64,000 nt of DNA from Candidatus Poriferihabitaceae bacterium (GTDB lineage: Bacteria > Pseudomonadota > Gammaproteobacteria > Arenicellales > Poriferihabitantaceae), in the NCBI GenBank assembly GCA_965223465.1, contig OZ245025.1, positions 722,718-786,717 of the forward strand, written 5' to 3'. The notes beneath the pieces were generated by a model. It had not been told where the DNA came from. It ran no database searches and was given only the letters and a program-made list of their open reading frames with translations. Positions 17,602 to 26,549 of this stretch are shown here, piece by piece. A program made the translations under genes and the position numbers. Numbering within the stretch: the first letter of the stretch is position 1; every line of letters begins with the position of its first letter.

Positions 17602-18978
17602 CCATGTCTTCATGCCTGCAGCCTGGTGACCAAGCATATGGCAGTGTAACAACCATTTTCCAGGGTTATCAGCAACGAAAGTGATTTCTTTGCTATCACC
17701 GCGATTGAGCAATATGGTGTCTCGCCAAGGCCCAAATGAGTGGCTGGCTGCATCTTTCGTTTTTATTGTTTCACGAAAATGATGCCCGTGTAGGTGAATA
17801 CCGTGCGGGAAACTGGTGTCGTTCACTAGACGGATTCGAACTCTCTCATTGCGTTTGGCCGTTAATAAAGGGGTATCTGTTATGCCAGCAACCCCATTGA
17901 ATGCCCAAACCATGCCTTTTTTTACCAACGTTCGTATGTCCAGGTTTTCTCCCTGGTACACCGCACTGCGCATACCGCCCATTGCACCGCCTTGCATCAC
18001 CAATTCAGTGGTAACCACGCCCTCCAACCGCCCAATTTCGGGTAACGGGTTGGGTGCGAGTGGTTCAGGTGTATCGAGATTTGCTTTGCGTATTTCTCCT
18101 TCAATCGGAAATCGCATGATAGGCAAATCACCGTCACGACTCGCCAACAGTAGCTGCGCTTGCGTATCGCTTTCGACATCGACTACAACATCAAACCGTT
18201 GCGCGGGTGCCAGGGTTACTTCTTCTAAGGAGTTAAGCTCTTCCAGCGGCTGCCCATCAAGTGCAATTTCCCAGCCAGTTAGCCCTTCAAATTTAACTGT
18301 AAAGATGCTGGCATTGGCTACATTGACCAACCGTAGCCTTAATCTTTGATGGCGCTTAACCGAAAGCGAAGCACTATCCATGCCGGTGCCATTTACGGTT
18401 AACCAGTTTCCCTGTCTACCTGCATGGGACAAATCCATCATTCGGCCAAAATCATTACTGATTTCACCGTTATCCTGCAAACGCCAGTCATCAATCAGCA
18501 ACACTTGATCGATATCTACTCGTGGGGGCCGCTTTTCTTCAACGATCAAAGCGCCGTACAAACCTCGCGCCATCTGCTCCCAACTGCGATGATGCGAATG
18601 ATACCAATAAGTCCCGGCATCAGGTGTTCGAAAATGATAGTCAAAATGTTCACCTTTTCCAACCGGATCTTGCGTTAAACCAGCTGCACCATCCATCGCA
18701 TTTTCCAGCCGAATGCCATGCCAATGCACAGCGGTTGGTTCAGGCAAGTGGTTTTCGAAACGTAGTTTGACCCCTTTTCCCTGCTGGGTTCGAATTTGTT
18801 GCCCGGGAATGGTCTGGTTGTACGCCCATACTGGCGTTTTTGCATATTTTTCGGGTAGCAGTTGTGCCTTACTTTCAGCAGCACTTAGCGTAAGCGGCTC
18901 CGCTGACGTTGACTGCGCGGTGGAAGGCAGAGCCCAGGGTAGGGCACTCAACTGTAAAAACTGACGGCGTGAAATCAT
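17587..18978 (-). CDS. Tat-exported three-domain multicopper oxidase (laccase/CopA-like)
   Basis: Twin-arginine leader (MISRRQFLQLSAL). All four copper-ligand motifs are present: HWHG, WYHSHH, HGIHLHGH and HCHMLGHQAAGM. 463 aa. Confidence 0.9.
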   Translation of the reverse strand: MISRRQFLQLSALPWALPSTAQSTSAEPLTLSAAESKAQLLPEKYAKTPVWAYNQTIPGQQIRTQQGKGVKLRFENHLPEPTAVHWHGIRLENAMDGAAGLTQDPVGKGEHFDYHFRTPDAGTYWYHSHHRSWEQMARGLYGALIVEEKRPPRVDIDQVLLIDDWRLQDNGEISNDFGRMMDLSHAGRQGNWLTVNGTGMDSASLSVKRHQRLRLRLVNVANASIFTVKFEGLTGWEIALDGQPLEELNSLEEVTLAPAQRFDVVVDVESDTQAQLLLASRDGDLPIMRFPIEGEIRKANLDTPEPLAPNPLPEIGRLEGVVTTELVMQGGAMGGMRSAVYQGENLDIRTLVKKGMVWAFNGVAGITDTPLLTAKRNERVRIRLVNDTSFPHGIHLHGHHFRETIKTKDAASHSFGPWRDTILLNRGDSKEITFVADNPGKWLLHCHMLGHQAAGMKTWFEVG

Positions 18979-19039
18979 GTGATCATAGGTGTAATTTCGA
19001 GTTTACGGGTAGTTTAGGTGTATAGAAAAATTCTTACAC

Positions 19040-19636
19040 TTAATGATCTGCGTGCGGGTTCTGCCCCGTTGCCATTGCCCAATGGTGCGGTTGATGATGA
19101 TTTCCCCAGGCCATCAAGCCGATATATCCCAAGCCACGAATCTTATCTGTGTCGTTTGAATTTGAGCTGGTTGTGGTCAACACGAATAAATCATCTTGTT
19201 GGCTTACTAGCATTTCCCAGCCCGTTTCTTTTTTAAGCTGTGCCGGGTGCGCTGAGAACACGCGTTTCAACGCATTAAATGCACGCGGTGTAGTGGCCTT
19301 TATGTGTAGCTCAACGCCATTAGCAACGGGTCGTTGACCAACAACTTCCACATTCTCTGTCATATCTTGCATATCCAGCAGATGTTGGCGTAAGACTTCC
19401 AGGTTGACTTCTTTCCAACTGAACCCGTCTTGTTCATTCATTTGTTGGATTACTTCTTGCACCGTGCCAAACATATCGTTGCCAGCTTGGGTCAGATTTG
19501 CAGAGGAGGGTGCAGCTATTTGATGTCCGTGCTGTTCCATCAATTCGGAATCATGTTCGTCGCTTGCAGCCAGCGCCGAACTTGCGATGATAGCCAGGCC
19601 TATTAAACTGGCGGTAATGAATCTAAAACGCATCAT
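19040..19636 (-). CDS. Secreted protein of unknown family with His-rich termini
   Basis: Signal peptide (MMRFRFITASLIGLAIIASSALA). The mature N-terminus is SDEHDSELMEQHGHQ and the C-terminus is WGNHHQPHHWAMATGQNPHADH. No family recognised. Confidence 0.6.
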   Translation of the reverse strand: MMRFRFITASLIGLAIIASSALAASDEHDSELMEQHGHQIAAPSSANLTQAGNDMFGTVQEVIQQMNEQDGFSWKEVNLEVLRQHLLDMQDMTENVEVVGQRPVANGVELHIKATTPRAFNALKRVFSAHPAQLKKETGWEMLVSQQDDLFVLTTTSSNSNDTDKIRGLGYIGLMAWGNHHQPHHWAMATGQNPHADH

Positions 19637-19731
19637 AACTAATGTCCTCTGAGTTTAGTGAACGAAATAAGGATACAACACTCTAATCACATATGTTTAA
19701 AAAGTCATCAATAGACCTCGCACAATAGTAT

Positions 19732-20235
19732 TTGTTCGGTGATATAATTTTATTCATGCTTCGAGCGCGCCCAATTTTCACTGTTTTAATTTCTGCGTTT
19801 TGGTTGGTTAATTCTATCGCAGCGAGTTTTGCATGGCATTCGATGTTAGTTGAAGGCTCGGTGTTACCCGAGAAAGTCTACGCTGCTCACCTTGAAATGG
19901 GGAACCCAGTACAAGAAAGAGCAGGGCGTTCAGAGCATCATCGAAACGGTTTAATGACTAACCACTTTCACTCCGGCATGGACTCATTTGGAGTTGCCAC
20001 GAGTGATGATCATGCTTGTTGTGAGTTTTCGGCGCTGATGCAATCGCATACTGCCACCACTAGTTGTTCTACTTTTTGTGCGTCAGTTTGCTCAGCGGTG
20101 ATGAACTGTTTGCTGCCGATGCAGATAATTTCATTGAAGGTAGAAAGCCACCGTCTGAACAGACCACCGAACGCCTCCTTTCACACTTTACCTGCTAACC
20201 CACCAGAAACACCGCCTCCCTATACTGTTTCCTAA
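19732..20235 (+). CDS. Hypothetical membrane-anchored Cys/His-rich protein (start may be the ATG at 19756)
   Basis: One N-terminal hydrophobic segment, then EHHRNGLMTNHFHSGMD...DDHACCEF...MQSH...CSTFCASVCSAVMNC. Coding status is supported only by ORF length and position at the head of the cytochrome operon. Confidence 0.4.
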   Translation: MFGDIILFMLRARPIFTVLISAFWLVNSIAASFAWHSMLVEGSVLPEKVYAAHLEMGNPVQERAGRSEHHRNGLMTNHFHSGMDSFGVATSDDHACCEFSALMQSHTATTSCSTFCASVCSAVMNCLLPMQIISLKVESHRLNRPPNASFHTLPANPPETPPPYTVS

Positions 20236-20322
20236 AACCTAGCGCTTTTCGGAAGTATCCGAGAAGCACCTATTTCTATTATGCGCAACCTTATGAGGTT
20301 CGCAAGGTTTTCGGAGACATAC

Positions 20323-20787
20323 ATGAAAAACACGACAGCCGTTTTATTGATAACCGTTTTCACATTGGCGGCTTGCGATAACTCGACCTCTTCAAATATT
20401 GAACCAGGCACAGCCGGTGAAGCGTCAATCCCTGCAATGCTTAATGAGCGCGTTGCTGAAGTGACTCAAGGCGCTATGGTGTTTGAGGAAAACTGCCAGG
20501 AATGTCACGGCGTTGCTGCGGCAGGTGTGGTTAAAAATTGGCAACAACTTGATGCCAACGGCAACCTGCCTGCACCACCCCTTAATGGCACTGCGCATGC
20601 GTGGCATCACGACCAAAAAACCTTGTTAAGAACCATTAATCAAGGGGGTATCCCCCTTGGCGGTACGATGCCACCTTTTCAGGACAAGCTGAGCGAGCAG
20701 GAGAAATTGGCGGTACTGGCGTACATTAAAAGCCTCTGGCCTGATGAGCTATACGCTGCGTGGCAAGAACTTTTTGGAGGGAAATAG
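20323..20787 (+). CDS. Monohaem class I c-type cytochrome, lipoprotein-type signal
   Basis: The ATG at 20323 follows GGAGA. Lipobox-like LTVFTLAAC, a single CQECH haem motif, and a distal Met context (GGTMPPF). Confidence 0.8.
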   Translation: MKNTTAVLLITVFTLAACDNSTSSNIEPGTAGEASIPAMLNERVAEVTQGAMVFEENCQECHGVAAAGVVKNWQQLDANGNLPAPPLNGTAHAWHHDQKTLLRTINQGGIPLGGTMPPFQDKLSEQEKLAVLAYIKSLWPDELYAAWQELFGGK

Positions 20788-20861
20788 CGGTAGTGTAGGT
20801 GAATTTAGGACCACGAAGTATACCAGCCGTCTTAAATAAATGATAAAAACGAGAATATGAG

Positions 20862-21335
20862 ATGAGAATAATATCTAGCCGATTTATATTGTTTGGCATT
20901 TGTTTGCTCGGCATTACGTTAAGTAGTATTGCACACAAGGGTGCAACCGGTATCATTAAACAACGCATGGATGTGATGTCCGAAATGGGTGATGCGATGA
21001 AGCTGATAGGCGACATGGTAAAAGGTAAAACAGCCTATGATCTGGACACTATCCGGCAGGCTGTTTCGCAACTGTCAGAACATGCGCCTGGAATCATAGA
21101 ACAGTTTCCAGACACGCAGGAAAGCCAAAATTTCAATATGAGCGAGGCCTTGCCAAAAATATGGGAATCAAAACCCGAGTTCGATGAAATGGCAAGGCAG
21201 CTCGAGATACGCATAAGCGAATTACAAATGGTTATCAATGTTGAGTTAAACAAACCCGAGTTGCGCAAAGCCTTTGTTAAGACCGTTAAAGCCTGCTCCA
21301 CGTGTCACGACGACTATCGAAAACCCAAAGAATAA
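20862..21335 (+). CDS. Class II cytochrome c (cytochrome c'/c-556 type four-helix bundle)
   Basis: Signal peptide present. The single haem motif lies close to the C-terminus (VKACSTCHDDYRKP), as in class II cytochromes c. Confidence 0.75.
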   Translation: MRIISSRFILFGICLLGITLSSIAHKGATGIIKQRMDVMSEMGDAMKLIGDMVKGKTAYDLDTIRQAVSQLSEHAPGIIEQFPDTQESQNFNMSEALPKIWESKPEFDEMARQLEIRISELQMVINVELNKPELRKAFVKTVKACSTCHDDYRKPKE

Positions 21336-21360
21336 TGCGACTGAAACATGGACTTTAACC

Positions 21361-22254
21361 ATGAATAAGCACCGTACGGTTACACTAATTGCCAGCGTTG
21401 GATTTTTGTTGCTGGCAATGTTTGCGCTTAGCGTTTATCTGAGCCGCCCAGGTATCCCGCCCACTACACTTTCTGATACCTTTGGGGTCGCGGAAGAGGG
21501 AGAGTATTTAGCGCGCATTGCGGGCTGTATCGCTTGTCATACCGATGCAAAGCAGGGTGGTGCACCACTGGCAGGAGGTGCAGCGATCGAGACCCCGTTT
21601 GGCCGTTTTTACGCGCCCAATATCACTCCGGATAAAATATTTGGTATTGGCAGCTGGTCTCTCACAGAGTTTTACACAGCACTCACCTCGGGTGTCTCTC
21701 CATCTGGTGGACATTATTATCCTGCTTTCCCCTATAACAGTTATGCTTCTCTTAGCCTCAGCGATATTGCTGATATCAAGGCGTATCTTGATTCGGCGCT
21801 GCCGGTACAAACCCTGAGCACGCCTCATGAGCTAATGTGGCCTTTTTCATTCAGGCCGCTGATGATAGCATGGAAGGCATTGTTCTTTGACGATTCTGTT
21901 AGTCTGGATGCCGGCACTGCGCGCACGAATCGTGGTGATTATCTGGTGCGTGGCCTGGGGCATTGTGCTGAATGTCATAGCCAGCGCAGTGTTTTTGGTG
22001 CGCTTACGTCAAAACAGTACCTTGGCGGGAATACGCGCGGCCCAGAAGGACATTCTGTTCCGGCACTGGCAGGTAGTGATGCCGAAGTGCAGCAGTGGCA
22101 AGCCACCGATTTGGTGTTTTATTTGCAAACCGGTCTGAGACCGGACGGAGATGTAGCAGGAGGTAGTATGGCCGATGTCATTGATGAGGTTACCGCACAC
22201 CTTCGCCAAGATGATGCGCAGGCTATCGCTGATTATTTGTTAAGTTTACCCTGA
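21361..22254 (+). CDS. Membrane-anchored dihaem c-type cytochrome
   Basis: The ATG at 21361 (MNKHRTV) is followed by a TM anchor. Two haem motifs, CIACH and CAECH. The upstream extension to 21274 overlaps the preceding gene and is rejected. Confidence 0.8.
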   Translation: MNKHRTVTLIASVGFLLLAMFALSVYLSRPGIPPTTLSDTFGVAEEGEYLARIAGCIACHTDAKQGGAPLAGGAAIETPFGRFYAPNITPDKIFGIGSWSLTEFYTALTSGVSPSGGHYYPAFPYNSYASLSLSDIADIKAYLDSALPVQTLSTPHELMWPFSFRPLMIAWKALFFDDSVSLDAGTARTNRGDYLVRGLGHCAECHSQRSVFGALTSKQYLGGNTRGPEGHSVPALAGSDAEVQQWQATDLVFYLQTGLRPDGDVAGGSMADVIDEVTAHLRQDDAQAIADYLLSLP

Positions 22255-22266
22255 ATATAATACTAA

Positions 22267-22686
22267 ATGAGATCACTCAATTCGTTGGTGCTTTTAAACG
22301 TAGGTAGCAATGCCGAAGAAATACCTACAATGAAAGTATACAAAAGCCCCACTTGCGGATGCTGTCAGGCCTGGGTTGACTATATGCGTGACAATGAATT
22401 TACGATAGAAACCGTCGACCTACCAGACTTGAGTCAAATAAAACTAGCAAATGGGATTACCCCAGAACTTCAATCTTGCCACACAGCCATAATTGAAGGG
22501 TACGTATTCGAAGGCCATATACCCGTTGATTACGTAAGGCGACTGCTCAAGGAAAAACCGGATATTGTCGGGCTTAGCGCACCCGGAATGCCTGCAAAAT
22601 CGCCTGGTATGGGCAGCATTGAACCAAAAGATTATTCGGTAGTGAGCTTTGATAAAGACGGTAAGATAGAGGTATACAGCGAATAA
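22267..22686 (+). CDS. DUF411 (CopG-like) metal-binding protein
   Basis: VYKSPTCGCCQAWVDYM and HIPVD motifs are typical of DUF411. The start is ambiguous (22267 or 22330) and the N-terminus is a poor signal peptide. Confidence 0.75.
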   Translation: MRSLNSLVLLNVGSNAEEIPTMKVYKSPTCGCCQAWVDYMRDNEFTIETVDLPDLSQIKLANGITPELQSCHTAIIEGYVFEGHIPVDYVRRLLKEKPDIVGLSAPGMPAKSPGMGSIEPKDYSVVSFDKDGKIEVYSE

Positions 22687-23188
22687 TGATTCAGTTTAAT
22701 CGCGAGCAAGGAGCGAACCCTTAAATCTATTTCATGGGTACCGAAATTGACAATTTAGTTGAAACTAAAGACTTTCATTCGAGAAATTCAAAGAATTAGT
22801 TCTATACGTTCAACAAGTGGGCGTCCAACCCATTAATTAACTAATAATTTTCCGTGGTACCAGAAATCTATAGCGTACCGATTGACCTGCCCCCAATTAA
22901 TGGGCCATATTTTTTACCCATTTCGCACCGTGATCAGTAGTAGCCGGGGGCGCTCAAGGCAGGAATGTACACTAAAAATAATCAGCCAACCTTAGGGATG
23001 CTGGATGACACCATTGGAGTAGGCAAGCGATTAGTTTTTAGGCTATTTGATACTTCTTGATATTGATGAATAGGGTGTTTATGCTTTCCCGTTCAGATCT
23101 AACTGATGTATATCATGAGGGTGATTAGCGATGAGTGTTGAGTTCAATCACCTTCACTTATTAACTTAACAAATCAAATTGATCTGCC

Positions 23189-24694
23189 ATGAGTTACGAG
23201 TTCGAAAGCTTTGTTGTCGACACCGAGAAATACATTTTAAGCGAAAATGGTGTCGAGCTGAAAATTGAGCCACTTGTGTTTGATTTGATATGCGCGTTGT
23301 TGGCTAGAGCGAGCACTGTCGTAACTAAAGACGAATTATTGGCCTCTGTATGGCGCGGCCGAATCGTTTCAGACACAACCATTTCTAGCGCTATTAAATC
23401 CGCTCGCAAAGTTTTGGGCGACAGCGGGTCAACACAAAAATTTATTAAAACAGTGCACGGCCGAGGTTTTAGTTTTGTGCTTGATGAAGTCCAAAGTGTT
23501 TCATCTAGAGCTCCCGATGAATCCATAGATTTCATCAGCCCGACGATAATGGTGTTGGTTGGTTTAGATGAAAATAGGGGTGATAGCGCAAATATAGCCC
23601 CAAGGATGGAAAAGGATCTGGAACGCATATTCTCTCGAATACCTTTACTTAAGGTCAATAGTGAAGCGCAGCGTGTTAAGAATTTACGTGAGGAATTGTC
23701 GCCTCGCCAAATTTACGAGTTAGTTACATGCGATTACTTAATTGAGGTTCAGTTGAGCGATGCTCAGGAAACAAAATGTTACGCGCAACTTATTGATGCT
23801 AAGGGCGGTCTACTCCTGTGGTCCCATACCTATAGTTATACAGCGCCTTTAAGCGAAAAAGTGGTGGATAGATGTATTGTGGACATTGTCAATCTGTTTG
23901 AACCACAGATAACCAAAGCGGTGTATCAGTCGGTTAGATCACCACGTCGAGGAGAGTCTGCAGAAGCAAAATTTATTGAAGCGGCAGGTGTTCTTGCCTT
24001 AAAGGGTTGGCATGAGTCGAGTTTTAGGGAGGCCAGTAAATTATTACGTGAAAGCATGAGATTGGCGCCTCAATTCCCGTTAGCACCGGCCTATCTGTCT
24101 TTGATATTGGCTTTTGGTCACCGAATCGGTGTATTTACTGATCAAGAAGCTGCAAAAGCGGAAGCGCTCAACTTGACTGAAAAGGCTTTAGATATCGAAT
24201 CTCACGACTCCACAATTTTGGGTTTTTGTGGTTGCGCTTTGGTTGATGTGGGTTTTACAGACAGGGGAATTTCAGTTTTAAATAAATCACTTGGCTTGAA
24301 TCCGGAAAATTCACAAGCGCTGGTTGCAAGAGGAGCAGCGTGGCTTACGAAGTTTGAGTTAGCGCAAAGTATAGAAGACATGGAAAATGGAATTGCTCTC
24401 AGCCCGTTAGATAGCCGACTCGCGGTTTGGCGCTCGGTTTTAGCTATTGCCTATATTCTCGATAAGAATGTTGCAGCAGCTTATGAGCATGCCATTTTGG
24501 GTTGCCAGGAAGACCACCGAACCTACCTACCAAGAATTGCTTTAGCTGGTGCTGAATGGGCCAAGGGCAATGTAAAAGAGGCTCAATCGGCAATTATAGA
24601 AGCAAAATCGATTAACCCAAGCCTGAGTGAGATTCAGATCCAAGCGTTGCTGGGAAAAGCGCTTGGTGAAAAAGTGAGCGCACTACTAGATTAA
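23189..24694 (+). CDS. Winged-helix (OmpR/CadC-type DNA-binding domain) regulator with a C-terminal TPR-like region and no receiver domain
   Basis: The N-terminus (FVVDTEKYILSENGVELKIEPLVFDLICALLARASTVVTKDELLASVWRGRIVSDTTISSAIKSARKVLGD...IKTVHGRGFSF) is a trans_reg_C fold. The C-terminal roughly 250 aa are helical-repeat-like. Confidence 0.75.
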   Translation: MSYEFESFVVDTEKYILSENGVELKIEPLVFDLICALLARASTVVTKDELLASVWRGRIVSDTTISSAIKSARKVLGDSGSTQKFIKTVHGRGFSFVLDEVQSVSSRAPDESIDFISPTIMVLVGLDENRGDSANIAPRMEKDLERIFSRIPLLKVNSEAQRVKNLREELSPRQIYELVTCDYLIEVQLSDAQETKCYAQLIDAKGGLLLWSHTYSYTAPLSEKVVDRCIVDIVNLFEPQITKAVYQSVRSPRRGESAEAKFIEAAGVLALKGWHESSFREASKLLRESMRLAPQFPLAPAYLSLILAFGHRIGVFTDQEAAKAEALNLTEKALDIESHDSTILGFCGCALVDVGFTDRGISVLNKSLGLNPENSQALVARGAAWLTKFELAQSIEDMENGIALSPLDSRLAVWRSVLAIAYILDKNVAAAYEHAILGCQEDHRTYLPRIALAGAEWAKGNVKEAQSAIIEAKSINPSLSEIQIQALLGKALGEKVSALLD

Positions 24695-24801
24695 TTTGGT
24701 AAGCCTAATTTTGGAACTGTTTCCTGCCCTTAGGGACGAAATTCGAAACAATTCATTGGATGCCACGCCAGCCTGATACGAGAGTGTTGTTTTAACTTAA
24801 T

Positions 24802-24832
24802 TTCCCCAAGAAATCGCCAAGGGTTCCCCAAG
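24802..24832 (+). promoter_or_regulatory. Direct repeat TTCCCCAAG x2 with 22-bp register upstream of the methyltransferase gene
   Basis: TTCCCCAAG occurs at 24802-24810 and at 24824-24832, 65-95 nt upstream of the ATG at 24897. Confidence 0.3.
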
Positions 24833-24896
24833 TATGGCGAAATTATAATAGATATCGTTAGGTTTCTTAATTTACTACCCGTATGAGGAACCAGAA

Positions 24897-25700
24897 ATGA
24901 CAGATATAAACTTTGAAGCGATTAAGGAGAAACAACAAGCTGCGTGGGCATCGGGTGATTATGGAAAGGTTGGTGTAACTTTGCAGATCACTGGTGAGCG
25001 CTTATGCGAGTATATGGATATTAGCCCGGGTCAAAAAGTACTCGATGTGGCGGCGGGCAATGGAAATGCGACGCTTGCGGCTGCGCGTCGGTTTTGCGAC
25101 GTAACATCGAGTGATTACGTGCCCGAATTGTTAGAGCAAGGAAAGAAACGATGTGAGGCAAATGCATTTGCCGTAAAGTTTCAGCAGGCGGACGCGGAAA
25201 ACCTGCCGTTTTCAGACGATCAATATGATGCTGTATTGTCTACTTTTGGCGTCATGTTCACGCCCAATCAAACACAAAGTGCTGCTGAGCTCATACGCGT
25301 TTGCAAGCAAGGCGGAAAGATTGGAATGACCAATTGGACCCCCGATGGTTTCATTGGACAATTATTCAAGCTCATTGGGCAATATGTCCCGCCGCCAAGT
25401 GGCGTTCAATCTCCCGCAAATTGGGGATCAGAGGCCTTCATCCAGGATCAATTTGGTGCTTGTACACGAATCGAGACGCGAAAGCGTCATTTTAACTTTC
25501 GATACCAGTCACCAAGCCACTGGATAGATTTGTTTCGTAACTACTATGGGCCGATACATAAAGCATTTTCAGCGCTAGATGTATCAACTGCAGCAAATTT
25601 TGAGGCGGATATAAATGAGCTTATTCAGCGCCTCAATGTATCCGCTACAGATAACATGGTATTGCCATCTGAGTACCTAGAAATTTCGATAACTGTTTAA
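24897..25700 (+). CDS. Class I SAM-dependent methyltransferase
   Basis: Motif I (VLDVAAGNGNAT), an acidic post-I residue, and FDAVLSTFGVMF (motif II/III context). 267 aa. Confidence 0.85.
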   Translation: MTDINFEAIKEKQQAAWASGDYGKVGVTLQITGERLCEYMDISPGQKVLDVAAGNGNATLAAARRFCDVTSSDYVPELLEQGKKRCEANAFAVKFQQADAENLPFSDDQYDAVLSTFGVMFTPNQTQSAAELIRVCKQGGKIGMTNWTPDGFIGQLFKLIGQYVPPPSGVQSPANWGSEAFIQDQFGACTRIETRKRHFNFRYQSPSHWIDLFRNYYGPIHKAFSALDVSTAANFEADINELIQRLNVSATDNMVLPSEYLEISITV

Positions 25701-25767
25701 TCTAAAGAGTTTTTTTTAACGTAACCATGTGAACAACACGGTTCGCTCATTTCAAGAGGAAAAAATT

Positions 25768-26325
25768 ATGAATATGCAAAGTATTTTTACTTCAGCTCCA
25801 AAACAAGATTCTATTAAGGCTCGCCAGACTTTATTAATACAAAAATACTCGACCAATCCCGGTGCAGCGATGGTTTTCGATAAAGCGCATACAAGTTCAA
25901 AATACGTCGACCCCAACAATCCGTTCGAATCAGCAGTAAAAATCGATAAGAGAGAACAGGTCTTTCCAGTTGGTGTCCATAAAGCGGTTGGAGGAGAAAG
26001 CGCTAATGCAACACCGGGAGACATTCTGTGTGGGGCCTTGGCTGCTTGTTTCGACAGTACCCTGCGCATTATCGCGAATCGATTTGATCTTAAACTGCGC
26101 CACCTTAGCGTTAATGTGACAGGAAAAGTGGATGTGCGGGGCACGCTCAGAACGGATCGTGCGGTCCCGGTAGCCTTCCAAGCATTTGATATCGTGGTCG
26201 ACATTAAACCTAAAGGTTTTGTGCCCAGCAAATATATAGATAAATTAATTACTGGCGCGGAGCAAAGCTGTATTGTTATGCAGACACTCAAACCGGGCTG
26301 TGAAATCACTGTGCGCAGAAAGTAA
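25768..26325 (+). CDS. OsmC/Ohr-family peroxiredoxin-like protein
   Basis: The ATG at 25768 follows GAGGA. GDILCGALAACF and AEQSCIVMQTL are the two conserved Cys contexts of OsmC. Confidence 0.8.
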   Translation: MNMQSIFTSAPKQDSIKARQTLLIQKYSTNPGAAMVFDKAHTSSKYVDPNNPFESAVKIDKREQVFPVGVHKAVGGESANATPGDILCGALAACFDSTLRIIANRFDLKLRHLSVNVTGKVDVRGTLRTDRAVPVAFQAFDIVVDIKPKGFVPSKYIDKLITGAEQSCIVMQTLKPGCEITVRRK

Positions 26326-26344
26326 TGTCAAATCAAATCGTTTT

Positions 26345-26371
26345 ATGGCGCTCCATTTGTGGGGGCGCCAT
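26345..26371 (+). terminator. Stem-loop after the OsmC-family gene
   Basis: ATGGCGCTCC - ATTTGT - GGGGGCGCCAT: a 10-bp stem with one mismatch, 20 nt after the stop. The U-tract is weak. Confidence 0.4.
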
Positions 26372-26466
26372 GTATTAACCTCATCTGTCTCTTATCTGAC
26401 CTTGCTGGACATTGAACAAAACTAATAGTGCAAGTGTTAGATATCGTTAAGATTGCAATTTTCTAT

Positions 26467-26549
26467 TACAACTAAAATACTTAATATTTTGCTTTTTTTC
26501 TGCAAAAAGCGTGTCTAGGTACATATACAACTAAAGAACTTAATTTTTT
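26467..26549 (+). repeat. Pair of about 24-bp direct repeats (TACAACTAAA..ACTTAAT.TTTT) 59 bp apart in the AT-rich region upstream of the ALDH gene
   Basis: 26467-26490 is TACAACTAAAATACTTAATATTTT and 26526-26549 is TACAACTAAAGAACTTAATTTTTT (21 of 24 identical). Confidence 0.7.

Noticed and set aside
17816-18349. Long antisense ORFs inside real genes: 17816-18349 opposite the MCO, and likewise 11539-12072, 23194-23658, 31060-31614, 30708-31091 and 54289-54681.
   Set aside because: Each overlaps a gene with strong family signatures on the other strand. None has an SD and start context or any recognisable motif, so I treat them as shadow ORFs.
21274-21360. Upstream start extensions offered by the ORF track (21274 for the dihaem cytochrome, and also 12096, 16386, 20281, 25729, 33515, 37991, 47609, 7360).
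   Set aside because: The extensions overlap upstream genes or add non-signal, non-conserved residues. Internal ATGs with SD sequences that immediately precede signal peptides or conserved N-termini fit better.
24849-24865. TAGATATCGTTAGG upstream of the methyltransferase matching TAGATATCGTTAAG at 26438-26454.
   Set aside because: It is only a 12-nt exact match. In a 64-kb window roughly a hundred 12-mer coincidences are expected by chance, so this is not evidence for a shared operator on its own.
25752-26309. A 185-aa antisense ORF covering the whole OsmC-family gene.
   Set aside because: The plus-strand product has clear OsmC motifs. The antisense translation is low-complexity (Ser/Thr/Leu-rich) with no recognisable domain, as expected for a shadow ORF in the stop-poor antisense frame.
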